A DNA stretch of 64,000 bases from an uncultured Bacteroidales bacterium (GTDB lineage: Bacteria; Bacteroidota; Bacteroidia; Bacteroidales; UBA4417), in assembly GCA_903864265.1 (NCBI GenBank), contig CAIPFN010000080.1:18150-82149 (forward strand), given 5' to 3'. Numbering within the stretch: position 1 is the stretch's first letter; each line of letters begins with the position of its first letter. The position numbers were made by a program, and so were the translations under genes. Positions 8,283 through 17,808 of the stretch are shown piece after piece. Below the pieces are notes generated by a model. That model did not search any database. It was not told the origin of the DNA and worked only from the letters and a program-made list of their open reading frames with translations.

Positions 8283-8611
8283 ATGGAAGCCGTTAAATTA
8301 TATGATAACAAGAAAATACGTTCGGTCTGGGATGCTGAACAGGAGAAATGGTTTTTCTCGATCGTTGATATAATTGAAGCACTAACCGATAGCAATAACC
8401 CACAGGTATATTGGCGGGTTCTTAAAAAACGGCTTCTTGCCGAAGGAAACGAAACCGTTACAAATTGTAACGCTTTGAAAATGCAAGCACCTGATGGGAA
8501 TATGCGTTGAACCTACACAGACCGCCCCCGAAAATACTGGAGCGATTTAAAATCAAAATTAAAAAAGAAGACAGCGAGTTGTCCGAAAAAATCGGACAAC
8601 TGAAAATGTAA
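8283..8611 (+). pseudogene. decayed Bro-N-like (phage antirepressor N-terminal type) gene remnant
   Basis: The 75-aa ORF (KKIRSVWDAEQEKWFFSIVDIIEAL...) ends at an in-frame TGA (8508-8510). The same frame continues with TYTDRPRKYWSDLKSKLKK. A shift at the A6 run (8561-8566) is then needed to read EDSELSEKIGQLKM up to the TAA at 8609-8611. The expected C-terminal part is absent. Confidence 0.6.
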
Positions 8612-8720
8612 ACAGAAGCACAAACAAAAAAACATCGTCGGTCCGCTGAATGCAAAAACATTGAAAGAAAGTAAAAAGGTAAAAAGACTCAAATAATCTT
8701 TGGAATTAAATTAAAAATAC

Positions 8721-9287
8721 ATGCTCATCATAGGAATTACCGGAACATTAGGCGCAGGAAAAGGAACCATTGTAGATTACCTGGTACAGGAAAAAGGCTT
8801 CGTGCACTTTTCGGTTCGCGGATTCATAACCGAAGAAATTGTACGGCAGGGATTGCCTGTGAACCGCGACAGCATGGTTACCGTTGCCAATAAGCTGCGT
8901 GCCGGGAATTCGCCCTCCTACATTATCGACCAGCTATACGAACAGGCACTGATTACAGGGAAAAACTGCATTATCGAGAGCATACGAACTCCCGGCGAGG
9001 TACAATCGCTGGTCGAAAAAGGCAATTTCGTGCTTTTTGCCGTGGATGCCGACCCTATGCTGCGTTACGATCGTATTGTGATGCGCAATTCCGAAACCGA
9101 CCGGATATCATTTGCCACTTTCATCGAAAACGAGGAGCGCGAAATGCAATCGGACGATCCGAACAAACAGAATATCGGGAAATGCATTGAGAAAGCTGAT
9201 TGTATTTTCTATAATAACTCTTCAGTAAAGGATTTACATAAGCGTGTTGAAGCAGAACTGGCGGAGTTAAACATCGGCCTTGGTTAA
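8721..9287 (+). CDS. P-loop nucleotide/nucleoside kinase family protein (dephospho-CoA kinase / dNMP kinase-like)
   Basis: N-terminal Walker A (IGITGTLGAGKGT) and a small ~188-aa kinase-like architecture. The substrate is not determinable from sequence. Confidence 0.6.
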   Translation: MLIIGITGTLGAGKGTIVDYLVQEKGFVHFSVRGFITEEIVRQGLPVNRDSMVTVANKLRAGNSPSYIIDQLYEQALITGKNCIIESIRTPGEVQSLVEKGNFVLFAVDADPMLRYDRIVMRNSETDRISFATFIENEEREMQSDDPNKQNIGKCIEKADCIFYNNSSVKDLHKRVEAELAELNIGLG

Positions 9288-9501
9288 AACTATATACTGG
9301 TTTTCCGACCCGGCCTAAAATATATGTCCGTTTTGTATTAGCACACAGCGATTCAATTCTATTACGGGAAGATCACCTGTAACCAGGCTATAGCAACAGC
9401 GTCCTGTGCATTTACGCCCCAGCTTTCTATAAACAAAAGAGGCTTACGCTGGCTCAAAATGCCACAACTTCAAACTATTTAGAATAGTACAAAGATCAAT
9501 T

Positions 9502-9801
9502 TCAGGCTTTTATACGTCTCGTCAGATCTCTGGCTCCGTGATGTACCATTAAAATTTGCAATTCTTCTTTACTGACAATTTGATATATGATCCGATAATT
9601 CCCTTCAACAATTTCCCGGATTTTAGGGTCATTTATTTCTTCAACAATTTTACCAATTTCGATTTGCTTCTTCAAAGCTTCAGTTCGGGACCGGATACGC
9701 TCCACTTGAAATTTGGCATATCGTTTCGAATCAAAAGAGATATAATCATAAATCTCTTTCAAATCATTCCTGGCAGCCGCTAACCAGACTATTCGAACCA
9801 T
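9502..9801 (-). CDS. type II toxin, RelE/ParE family
   Basis: 99 aa. The pattern IVWLAAARNDLKEIYDYI...YRIIYQI...ILMVHHGARD is typical of ParE/RelE plasmid-stabilisation toxins. It overlaps the upstream small ORF by 13 nt. Confidence 0.8.
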   Translation of the reverse strand: MVRIVWLAAARNDLKEIYDYISFDSKRYAKFQVERIRSRTEALKKQIEIGKIVEEINDPKIREIVEGNYRIIYQIVSKEELQILMVHHGARDLTRRIKA

Positions 9802-9971
9802 TCTCCCATTTCTGCTTTAAGTTCTTCTTCTGTAATAGTTTCACCAATTTTTGATTGCTCAATTCTATTCTCCAATTTCTCAACAAAAATCAACCTATCA
9901 ATGAGTTCATCGATCGACATTTCATCCGGAAATTGCTCAATGTGCTTTTTTAGCTTTTCTTTGGTTATCAT
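9789..9971 (-). CDS. putative antitoxin (small acidic addiction-module component)
   Basis: A 60-aa acidic ORF lies immediately upstream of the toxin gene and overlaps it, which is classical antitoxin-toxin order. Confidence 0.65.
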   Translation of the reverse strand: MITKEKLKKHIEQFPDEMSIDELIDRLIFVEKLENRIEQSKIGETITEEELKAEMGEWFE

Positions 9972-10116
9972 TGTTCAATAATATAAAGCTAAGGTACAGG
10001 TTTTAAACTGGTTTTTCTTAAAAATCAGGATTCACTAATTTGTTATTTCGGATCCATCTTGTCAATCAGCAGAATATCTGCAAAAAGAAATTGAGGTTTC
10101 ATAAGTAACCTCTTAA

Positions 10117-10158
10117 CATCCCACATCTGACATCCCACATCTGACATCCCACATCCTA
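10117..10158 (-). repeat. heptanucleotide array (GGATGTG/GGATGTC-type), 6 units
   Basis: The plus strand reads CATCCCA CATCTGA x3. The last unit, CATCCTA, contains the TAG stop (10158-10156) of the dCMP deaminase gene. Confidence 0.95.
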
Positions 10159-10704
10159 TTTCCCTGTTTCGGCGGGATCTATATTATCTACCAGTTGTTT
10201 GGCATATTGAAGCACTTCCTCGTTTACATACAGCAGTTCGATTCCGGCCTGGATAAACATTTCTTCCGATTCGGAACCTGAATGGTATTTGAACTCGCAC
10301 ACCACGCGTTCGATGCCACAGTTGATGATGAGCATGGCACAGGTACGGCAGGGCGTCATCCGGCAGTAAAGGGTGCTTCCCTGCAAAGGGATGCCTAACC
10401 TGGCAGCCTGGCAAATAGCATTTTGCTCGGCATGAACCGTGCGTACGCAGTGGTTGGTTACCTTTCCGTCCTCATGGGTCATCTGTTTAAAGAGGTGGCC
10501 TACCTCGTCGCAATGCGGTAATCCTACCGGTGACCCTACATAGCCTGTAACCAGTATCTGTTTATTCCTTGCAATTACGCATCCACTCCGGCCACGATCG
10601 CAGGTGGCACGTTTGGCGATGGTACGGGCCACTTCCATAAAGTATTCATCCCAGGTAGGGCGTATATAGGGCACTTCAGTATCTTCTGCCATAGTCATGA
10701 TCAT
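10156..10704 (-). CDS. deoxycytidylate (dCMP) deaminase, ComEB type
   Basis: Zinc motifs HAEQNAI and PCRTCAML (HxE ... PCxxC) of the cytidine/deoxycytidylate deaminase fold. Confidence 0.9.
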   Translation of the reverse strand: MIMTMAEDTEVPYIRPTWDEYFMEVARTIAKRATCDRGRSGCVIARNKQILVTGYVGSPVGLPHCDEVGHLFKQMTHEDGKVTNHCVRTVHAEQNAICQAARLGIPLQGSTLYCRMTPCRTCAMLIINCGIERVVCEFKYHSGSESEEMFIQAGIELLYVNEEVLQYAKQLVDNIDPAETGK

Positions 10705-10922
10705 TTTATAGAATGTTTTAGAATCCTTAGTCAGCCAAATTACTTGATTTTTTTCAATTTCCTGTAAATCAAATCATCAATGTTTTTAAATTCAATATGA
10801 GCAGGAGCGTAACATTTATATAAGCAGAAAGCTGCGCCCCGGATCTAAGATAAATAAAGTCCGGTTCCCGCCCGAATACCTTTTAATTGGAAAATGCTGC
10901 TTGAACGATATTCAGCGAAAAA

Positions 10923-12644
10923 TTACTGTCCGTTGTCTTTTACCCTCAATTTACTATGCTTCACCCCGTAAAGGAAATAAAGCACCAGCCCTATCACTAG
11001 CCAGATCACGAAACGCATCCAGTTGGTGATGCCCAGTTCACTCATCAGGTACAAATTGGTGAGCAGCCCGAGCACAGGTATGAGTGACCACTGCCTGATA
11101 ACGGCATACACGGTGGTGATAACGGCCACTATCATAAATACATACATCGGCAGCTGGTTGTGAAACCCCTTGGCCATATGGCCTGTGCCATTCAGCAATC
11201 CCGGAAGAAAACCGGGATTTGAAAACCAAACCAGAGCCAGCACGGCAATCCACATTGGGAGCAGGTACCTGCGGCTATTGGCATAGGGCACATTAAACCC
11301 TTTTTTATCGGCGCTTTGGTTTCCACGAGGATGTAAAATCAGCACACCACCCGAAACCAATATGAAAGCAAAGAGAGTACCTATGCTGGTCAGATCCGTT
11401 ACTTCGGTAAGGTTAAGGAAGAGAGCGGGAATGGCAACCAGAAATCCGGTTACAATAGTGGCAAATGCCGGGGTCCTGTATTTTTTGTGAAGCTTCGAGA
11501 ATCTGGGCGGCAGTAAGCCATCGCGGCTCATGCTCATCCATATGCGGGGCTGCCCGACCTGGAAAACCAGTAAAACTCCAGCCATGGCAATCACGGCACC
11601 CAGGGCAATAAAACCTGAAAGACGGGTAAGATGCAAGGTTTCGAAGGCAAAGGCAAGGGGATCGGCCACACCCAGTTTGCCGAAAGGCACCATGCCGGTA
11701 AGTACCAGACTGATGGCGACATACAGCACAGTGGTGATAATAAGGGCATAAATCATGGAACGTGGCAGGTCGCGGCGGGGATTACGACACTCTTCGGCAG
11801 TAGTGGATATGGCATCGAAGCCGATATAGGCAAAGAAAACTCCTGAAACGCCCTTCAGCACACCACCTATACCATTCGGTGCAAAGGGGCTCCAGTTCGC
11901 CGGATCAATATAAAAGGATCCCACGGCAATAACCATTAGCAATATCCCGATTTTGATCAGTACCATAATGTTACCGGCCATTTTGGTTTCGTAAATGCCT
12001 TTATAGACCAGCCAGGTGATAAAAACCACAATTCCCAGGGCCGGGATATTGGCGATTAGTCGGATGCTTCCAAAATGCGGTGCCGTCATCCAGGCATCAT
12101 ATGCATTCCTCAGTCCCGAATCCAGGTTAGCTTCCATAACTCCTGAACGGAGTTGTTCGCTTGCCAGTTTAAACCCTTTGGCGGCACTCAGGTAATCGAT
12201 GGCCAGGTATTCGGGAATATGAATATGCAGCCCGTTGAATAATCCAACAAAATAGCCCGACCACGAAATGGCCACGGCAATGTTCCCTATGGCATATTCC
12301 ATAATCAGGTCCCAGCCTATGATCCATGCTATCAGTTCTCCGAAACTCGCGTAGGCATAGGTGTAGGCGCTTCCGCTTATGGGAATGGCCGAAGCAAACT
12401 CGGCATAGCACATGGCCGATAGCCCGCAGGCTATGGCTGTAAACACGAATAACAAGGATACGGCCGGGCCTCCGCTGGCGGCAGCATTACCAATGGTGCT
12501 GAATATCCCGGCACCGATAATGGCGGCAATTCCCATGGCGGTGAGATCCCTCACCCCCAGCCGGCGCTTCATCAAATCAGGATTACCCTCGTCGGCGTGA
12601 CGAAGGATCATTTCGATAGACTTTTTCCTGAAAAGGTTTTGCAT
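10923..12644 (-). CDS. amino acid permease (APC superfamily)
   Basis: 573 aa with about 12-14 hydrophobic segments. The N-terminal region LKRRLGVRDLTAMGIAAIIGAGIF is typical of APC/cationic amino acid transporters. Confidence 0.85.
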   Translation of the reverse strand: MQNLFRKKSIEMILRHADEGNPDLMKRRLGVRDLTAMGIAAIIGAGIFSTIGNAAASGGPAVSLLFVFTAIACGLSAMCYAEFASAIPISGSAYTYAYASFGELIAWIIGWDLIMEYAIGNIAVAISWSGYFVGLFNGLHIHIPEYLAIDYLSAAKGFKLASEQLRSGVMEANLDSGLRNAYDAWMTAPHFGSIRLIANIPALGIVVFITWLVYKGIYETKMAGNIMVLIKIGILLMVIAVGSFYIDPANWSPFAPNGIGGVLKGVSGVFFAYIGFDAISTTAEECRNPRRDLPRSMIYALIITTVLYVAISLVLTGMVPFGKLGVADPLAFAFETLHLTRLSGFIALGAVIAMAGVLLVFQVGQPRIWMSMSRDGLLPPRFSKLHKKYRTPAFATIVTGFLVAIPALFLNLTEVTDLTSIGTLFAFILVSGGVLILHPRGNQSADKKGFNVPYANSRRYLLPMWIAVLALVWFSNPGFLPGLLNGTGHMAKGFHNQLPMYVFMIVAVITTVYAVIRQWSLIPVLGLLTNLYLMSELGITNWMRFVIWLVIGLVLYFLYGVKHSKLRVKDNGQ

Positions 12645-12785
12645 CGTTCAGAATTACCGGCGTAAATGTAAGGAATAGAAGTTTAAGGAGCCATTGAAAA
12701 GAAAATTAATAGCAATAAGCGTTGCTACCATCACGGTTTTTACTGCTTACATGCCGTACCGCCTTCAGGAGACAAACGATATTTA

Positions 12786-12816
12786 AACCTGGCAGGTCAC
12801 AGTGGCCTGCCAGGTT
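12786..12816 (-). terminator. perfect 11-bp stem hairpin downstream of the TonB-dependent receptor gene
   Basis: AACCTGGCAGG-(9 nt)-CCTGCCAGGTT lies 85 nt after the receptor stop. It is followed on the minus strand by TTTAAATAT, which is only weakly U-rich. Confidence 0.5.
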
Positions 12817-12900
12817 ATAAATTTGAATACATTAACCGGTATAAGGATCAGTGATTTGCCGGTAAAACCGGGAAATAGTTCAGGAAGATTCCTGTATACA

Positions 12901-15570
12901 TCAGAATTTAAACCCAAGTTTGGCAAAGTACAAAGCGCCACTGAATCCCATTTGAACGCTGTCCCATATTCCGCCCGATTCGGTGAGTGCCGGGTCGTGC
13001 TTGTCGGGATACGTGTTCATGATATTAACTCCGCCAATAGTTAGAGTCATATTTTTCAGGTTGTAGCCGACTGACAAATCCAATGTAACCTTCGGCATAT
13101 AGGTATCCAGCTCGTTAGCATCCACCACATTATCGCCGTTATCATTCCAGTTGATAAGTTCCACTTTTCCGAACCGGGTGAGTTTTAGGTTGGAAAAGAA
13201 ATTTCCCCTGGAATAATCAATCCCGCAGTTAAACTTGCTTTTGGGTGCTGATGCCAGCAAAAAGTATTTCTCGCGAAGCCCGAAATAAGTACTCTCTTTC
13301 CCCTGCAGTTTCTGATTGGTATAGATCTTATCAATAACCATGTTGTTGAAGTTTCCGGCGAAGGAAAATTTAAGCGTTTGATGTGCTGTAAGAAGCAGCG
13401 AGTATGAAAGTATGGCGTCAGCCCCTTTGGAGGTTGTATTCACAGCATTGGTAAAAAACTGGGCGGCACCAATGTTCAGCCTGGCGAGTTCGTTCCCGAT
13501 GACGTTGTCGTCGCTGTAAAACGAACCCGTAAGCACTATGCGGTCTTTAATGCGCACATAATAAGCATCCACCGTCAACGACAAGGATTTAACTTTGGCG
13601 GTAAAACCAAGGCCGGCATTAACCGAGACTTCCTGTTTTAAATCGGGTATACCCAACGCCCGGCTGATAGGGCTGTTATTTTTGGCGATAATTTTGTCAA
13701 TGGCCTGTCCGGCTACAATGTCGGTGAATGTAGTATTGAAATACATCTGTGCCAGCGAAGGTGCCCTGAATCCTGAACTAACGGAGCCACGCAGCGAAAG
13801 GGCATTTGAAATTTTATAGCGGGCAGCGAATTTGCCGTTTAACGTTTTGCCGAAATCGCTATAGCGTTCAAAACGCCCGGCGCCACTCAGAGTGAATTTA
13901 TCCGTAACGTCCAGGTCCAGATCAATATAGGAGCCGAAGTTGCTGCGCGATTCCTTTAACTCGTTGCCAGGCTGAAAACCGGGAAACCCCTGTGAGCCAC
14001 CGGGCCGGAAGGTGGTATCGATACTTGTTATGCCTCCTTCGTTATTCCTGGTAGTATCGATAGCAAATACCGGGTGTCCGTAAGTTTTATACGAACCTTC
14101 TTCTCCGGCTACTATCTGGTAGGTTTCGATGCGGTGTTCAACGCCAAAGGCAAAGTTCAATCCTTTAGCTACTGCAGGGAAAAGACGGGATAAATCCAGG
14201 GAAGTAGTATTCTGGGCCAGTGAAAAACCACCTGCATCAAAACGGGTAGGCGATTTGTCTAAAAGGGAGGCATTCAGGGTATTGTCGACCATGTAATGAA
14301 AATTGTTGGCTCCGAAGGTGTTGTTGGCATCTAATTTAAAGCCGCCTATCAGCGTTTTCATGCCCACCGAAAGCGATTTGTCAGTTATCACCGATTGAAT
14401 CTGGGGGTCGAATCCATTAGGGTATATTTCCAGTACATTACGCTCTTCATTGGCGGCACGGCTAAAAGCAAAGGCATCGGTGAACCTGTAATTGTAGCCG
14501 CCGAACATGTATATTTCCGTCTTTTTACCGGCATTAAAGGAGGAATTGAAATAGGTGGCAAAGCTTTCGGAGGCTGCGTCGCCGAATTTGTTCCGGTAAA
14601 CATCATATTTCGAAGGGTCGGCACGGCGGAAAGTATGGTCAAGGTTAGCGTAGTCAAGAGTCATGTTCACAAATCCTTTTTCGCCGAGTTTAGTGCCAAA
14701 ATTCCCGTTGAATTGGGTATACTGCCCATCCGTTTTTTTGCTTTCCTTCAGCACATCATATTTGCCTGCGGGAGCTGAATTCCGGGCACCGGTGGTATAG
14801 CTCCCGGTAAATTCGTCGGCAGTTGATTTTAGCACAATATTGATTACGCCGGCTATGGCATCCGAACCGTATTGGGCAGCCGCTCCGTCCCTTAAAATTT
14901 CAATACGATCGATAGCTGAGATGGGAATGGCATTTAAATCGGTACCGGTATTGCCTCTGCCACGCGATCCGAAAATATTGATAAGCGACGATTGGTGCCT
15001 GCGTTTCCCGTTAATTAATACCAGGGTTTGGTCTGGACCAAGACCCCGCAGGGTGGCCGGGTCAATGTGGTCGGCACCATCGGCTCCGGATTGTTTGTTG
15101 GAATTGAAAGAGGGGGCCACATACTGAAGCATCTGGTTCACGTCGGGCTGGCCAAGGGTAGTGAGTAAGCGGGATACTTCAATAATGTCGACCGGAACAA
15201 CGCTTTCAACAGCTGTGCGGTTGGGCCGGCGCGAACCTACAATCTCAACCATGTCCAGCAAATTGTTACTGATGAGCGCTACGTTTAATTCCTTTTGTTT
15301 GCCTACGACAATTTCCTGGCTAACCAGGCCTACAAAACTGAATGCTAATACAGCGGTTTCATCTTTGCAGTTTATGGAATAATTGCCGTCAGAGTCGGTA
15401 AATAGTCCATTTGTGGTTCCTTTTTCATAGACGCTGACCCCGGGAAGGGCTTGCTTCTGTTCGTTAGTCACTTTACCCTTGATCACATTCTGCGATGATA
15501 AAGCAGTTACAGTAAAAACCAAGGCAAGGCATATTAAAAGTCTTTTCATAAATTTAGTATTTACGTTCAT
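12901..15570 (-). CDS. TonB-dependent receptor with N-terminal CarboxypepD_reg-like domain
   Basis: Signal peptide, a carboxypeptidase-regulatory-like segment (VIKGKVTNE...PGVSVYEKGT...TDSDGNYSI), a plug region (IEILRDGAAAQYGSDAIAGVINI) and a C-terminal barrel ending in F. The start may be the Met at 15549. Confidence 0.9.
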   Translation of the reverse strand: MNVNTKFMKRLLICLALVFTVTALSSQNVIKGKVTNEQKQALPGVSVYEKGTTNGLFTDSDGNYSINCKDETAVLAFSFVGLVSQEIVVGKQKELNVALISNNLLDMVEIVGSRRPNRTAVESVVPVDIIEVSRLLTTLGQPDVNQMLQYVAPSFNSNKQSGADGADHIDPATLRGLGPDQTLVLINGKRRHQSSLINIFGSRGRGNTGTDLNAIPISAIDRIEILRDGAAAQYGSDAIAGVINIVLKSTADEFTGSYTTGARNSAPAGKYDVLKESKKTDGQYTQFNGNFGTKLGEKGFVNMTLDYANLDHTFRRADPSKYDVYRNKFGDAASESFATYFNSSFNAGKKTEIYMFGGYNYRFTDAFAFSRAANEERNVLEIYPNGFDPQIQSVITDKSLSVGMKTLIGGFKLDANNTFGANNFHYMVDNTLNASLLDKSPTRFDAGGFSLAQNTTSLDLSRLFPAVAKGLNFAFGVEHRIETYQIVAGEEGSYKTYGHPVFAIDTTRNNEGGITSIDTTFRPGGSQGFPGFQPGNELKESRSNFGSYIDLDLDVTDKFTLSGAGRFERYSDFGKTLNGKFAARYKISNALSLRGSVSSGFRAPSLAQMYFNTTFTDIVAGQAIDKIIAKNNSPISRALGIPDLKQEVSVNAGLGFTAKVKSLSLTVDAYYVRIKDRIVLTGSFYSDDNVIGNELARLNIGAAQFFTNAVNTTSKGADAILSYSLLLTAHQTLKFSFAGNFNNMVIDKIYTNQKLQGKESTYFGLREKYFLLASAPKSKFNCGIDYSRGNFFSNLKLTRFGKVELINWNDNGDNVVDANELDTYMPKVTLDLSVGYNLKNMTLTIGGVNIMNTYPDKHDPALTESGGIWDSVQMGFSGALYFAKLGFKF

Positions 15571-15815
15571 ACTCTGTTGGTTGACTATATCAAATATATG
15601 TATATTAATCGATATATCGGTTTTTTCTTTGAAAATACATGAAAACTGGCTGGGATAAAGAAGATTATTCCTTCAAATAGTCTGCAAGAGAGGTGATTAT
15701 GAAAGAGATAAAAACAAAAAAAAGCATCATGTGATTGACGCTTTTTTTTTAAATATTCCGCAAAGGGAGCCCTTTTCGGGGGGGGGCTAAGCCCACATTT
15801 TCGTGGGAAATATCG

Positions 15816-16364
15816 CTATAAAGGATTAATAGTGACCTGGATTCCGCTTTCAAGCAGCATCTGAATTGACCCTGAGGGTATGGGGCCGCTCAGGTCACCA
15901 TAAACATTCAGGACAAATGGACCGTTAATATTGGAGGCTAGATCCAGATTTTTAACAACAAAGTCTATACTTCTTGAGGAGGGGCTGATGGCCTGTGTAG
16001 TTGCAACTTCTACAGGAGCCCCGTTAGCAGGAGTAACCGTAATGCGGGCGGAGTTTATCCAGCCAAGTGTAACCCAATCGGGTGAAACCACGTTTAAGCG
16101 AAGCTGGTAAAAGCTTACCGCGCCTAACAATCCGCTGTTGGCTCCTACTATACTGTCAAGATTAGCCGAATACGATTGAGTGAACAGTACCTGTTCTGTT
16201 TTCAGGTGCGACAATGAATCAACCGAAAAGTAACGATCGGGTAGTTTATACTTTACTTTGAACTGCGTTGCTTGCTTCACTTTATCGCAGGAGGGTAAAG
16301 AGAAAAATGTAAGTCCTGCTACCAGCAGAAGGACTAGGGTGATCCAGGCTGTTTTAGCTTTCAT
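15816..16364 (-). CDS. hypothetical lipoprotein
   Basis: Lipobox (LTFFSLPSC|DK). I recognise no family. Confidence 0.6.
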   Translation of the reverse strand: MKAKTAWITLVLLLVAGLTFFSLPSCDKVKQATQFKVKYKLPDRYFSVDSLSHLKTEQVLFTQSYSANLDSIVGANSGLLGAVSFYQLRLNVVSPDWVTLGWINSARITVTPANGAPVEVATTQAISPSSRSIDFVVKNLDLASNINGPFVLNVYGDLSGPIPSGSIQMLLESGIQVTINPL

Positions 16365-16933
16365 AATGTTAGTATTAGATTATAACCAATGAACTTTTTT
16401 TTTTGAGACCCAGGCTTCAGAGTATTAAACGCATAAACCTGGTTAAAGTTGTTGCCGGATAATATCTGATGATGATAATACTGTACCTTATTAATACACT
16501 TCAGCTCATTTTGTAATAGCCGGCCATAAAAAAAAGCAGAAATATTTAAAATATTTTACTGAACCCGCCTTTGGGGTGAAAAATATATCTTCTATAGCTC
16601 TCAGGTGATTATGCAAATACTTCGATGGTATATGGCTAAAGCGTTTACTGTCGGAGCAGGTTGGGCCGATAAAGTTTTGTGATCCATCATTTTTCCCTTG
16701 ATCTTATAGGAAGAAACTGGTGTTTTTACGCTGTGAAGCAACAATTATTTCGACTTATTGAGGATATTTTCAGGAGAAAAAAATCTTCTCTACTCATTCC
16801 ACAACCTATTTGAGTATGTTAAAACCTGACCATCAGGCAGATATATGTCGATGGTAATTAGCGCATACTTTTTTCTGCCTCATTGCGTTTACTATGCAGT
16901 AAAGTTACATTTTTGTATCATAAAACTAAATCT

Positions 16934-17752
16934 ATGTACACCCGCAAAATCAGCCTTCTCTTTATGCTTTTTGCTGCAGCAATCATTATGGTTGCCGGTT
17001 GTAAGAAGGACTCTGTCAAAGTAAATACAGTTAATGACACTTCAGTAGAACAAAGCAGTATACTGGCCGAACAGACTTTCAACGACATTGGTAATTACTC
17101 CGTGTCGGCCATGTCAGCCGGTAAAAGCATGATGAGCCCCGATGCCGGTTGCCTTCAGGTATCCTTCGATTTAACGGCCTTGCCGTATAAACTGGTTCTC
17201 GATTTTGGTGCCACCAACTGCAAGTGTGAAGACGGGCTTTACCGCCGCGGAAAAATTATTGTTTCCTGTGCAGGTGCTTTCGGTGATTCCCTGACTACCT
17301 TAACTACTACGTTCGAAAATTTCTATGTCAGTGATAACGAGATCAACGGCACACGCTCACTTAAAAACAAAGGGCATAATGCTGCAGGGCATTTAAACTG
17401 GGATGTTGCCGTTGACGGGTCCATTGTACTGGCCGCGGGTGGCGGAACCATCTATTACCAGGCTTCGCACAATAGCGAAATGACTGAAGGCGAATATACC
17501 CCTGCCTTTAGCGATAACGTATTCTCTGTCAGCGGGAGTGCAAGCGGAACAGCTGTAACGGGCCAGGCTTTTGCATCTCAGATCACAACCCCACTGATCA
17601 GCAAGTTGAGTTGTGCTTATTTTGTCAGCGGGGTGGTTGAAATAACACCCGCCACCGGAGCCGTCCGCATATTGAATTGTGGAAACGGCGAATGTGATAA
17701 CATCGCGACTATAACTGTGAATGGCGTTCCCATCACTTTTATACTCCCCTAA
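16934..17752 (+). CDS. hypothetical lipoprotein
   Basis: The ATG at 16934 gives MYTRKISLLFMLFAAAIIMVAGC|KKD (lipobox). The track start at 16883 adds a non-signal extension. Confidence 0.6.
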   Translation: MYTRKISLLFMLFAAAIIMVAGCKKDSVKVNTVNDTSVEQSSILAEQTFNDIGNYSVSAMSAGKSMMSPDAGCLQVSFDLTALPYKLVLDFGATNCKCEDGLYRRGKIIVSCAGAFGDSLTTLTTTFENFYVSDNEINGTRSLKNKGHNAAGHLNWDVAVDGSIVLAAGGGTIYYQASHNSEMTEGEYTPAFSDNVFSVSGSASGTAVTGQAFASQITTPLISKLSCAYFVSGVVEITPATGAVRILNCGNGECDNIATITVNGVPITFILP

Positions 17753-17775
17753 GAATATCGGAAAGGATTTGTTGG

Positions 17776-17808
17776 AAAAACAGGGCTCTGCAGGTCCTGT
17801 TTTTTTTA
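17776..17808. terminator. bidirectional intrinsic terminator between the lipoprotein gene and dxs
   Basis: AAAAA-CAGGGCTCTGCAGGTCCTG-TTTTTTTT. The stem is AACAGG/CCTGTT with wobble extensions. It has a T-run on the plus strand and a T5 run on the minus strand, and it overlaps the dxs TAA (17808-17806). Confidence 0.7.

Noticed and set aside
8508-8510. In-frame TGA in the Bro-N-like ORF as selenocysteine or programmed read-through
   Set aside because: No SECIS-like hairpin follows. A further frameshift and truncation lie downstream, so decay is the simpler explanation.
12645-12900. Possible riboswitch or leader upstream of the amino acid permease, the TonB receptor (15571-15815) or thiL
   Set aside because: By eye I found no cobalamin B12-box or any lysine-, TPP- or SAM-riboswitch-like conserved core. 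Only a simple perfect hairpin (12786-12816) is present, which is better explained as a terminator. A covariance-model scan would be needed to be sure.
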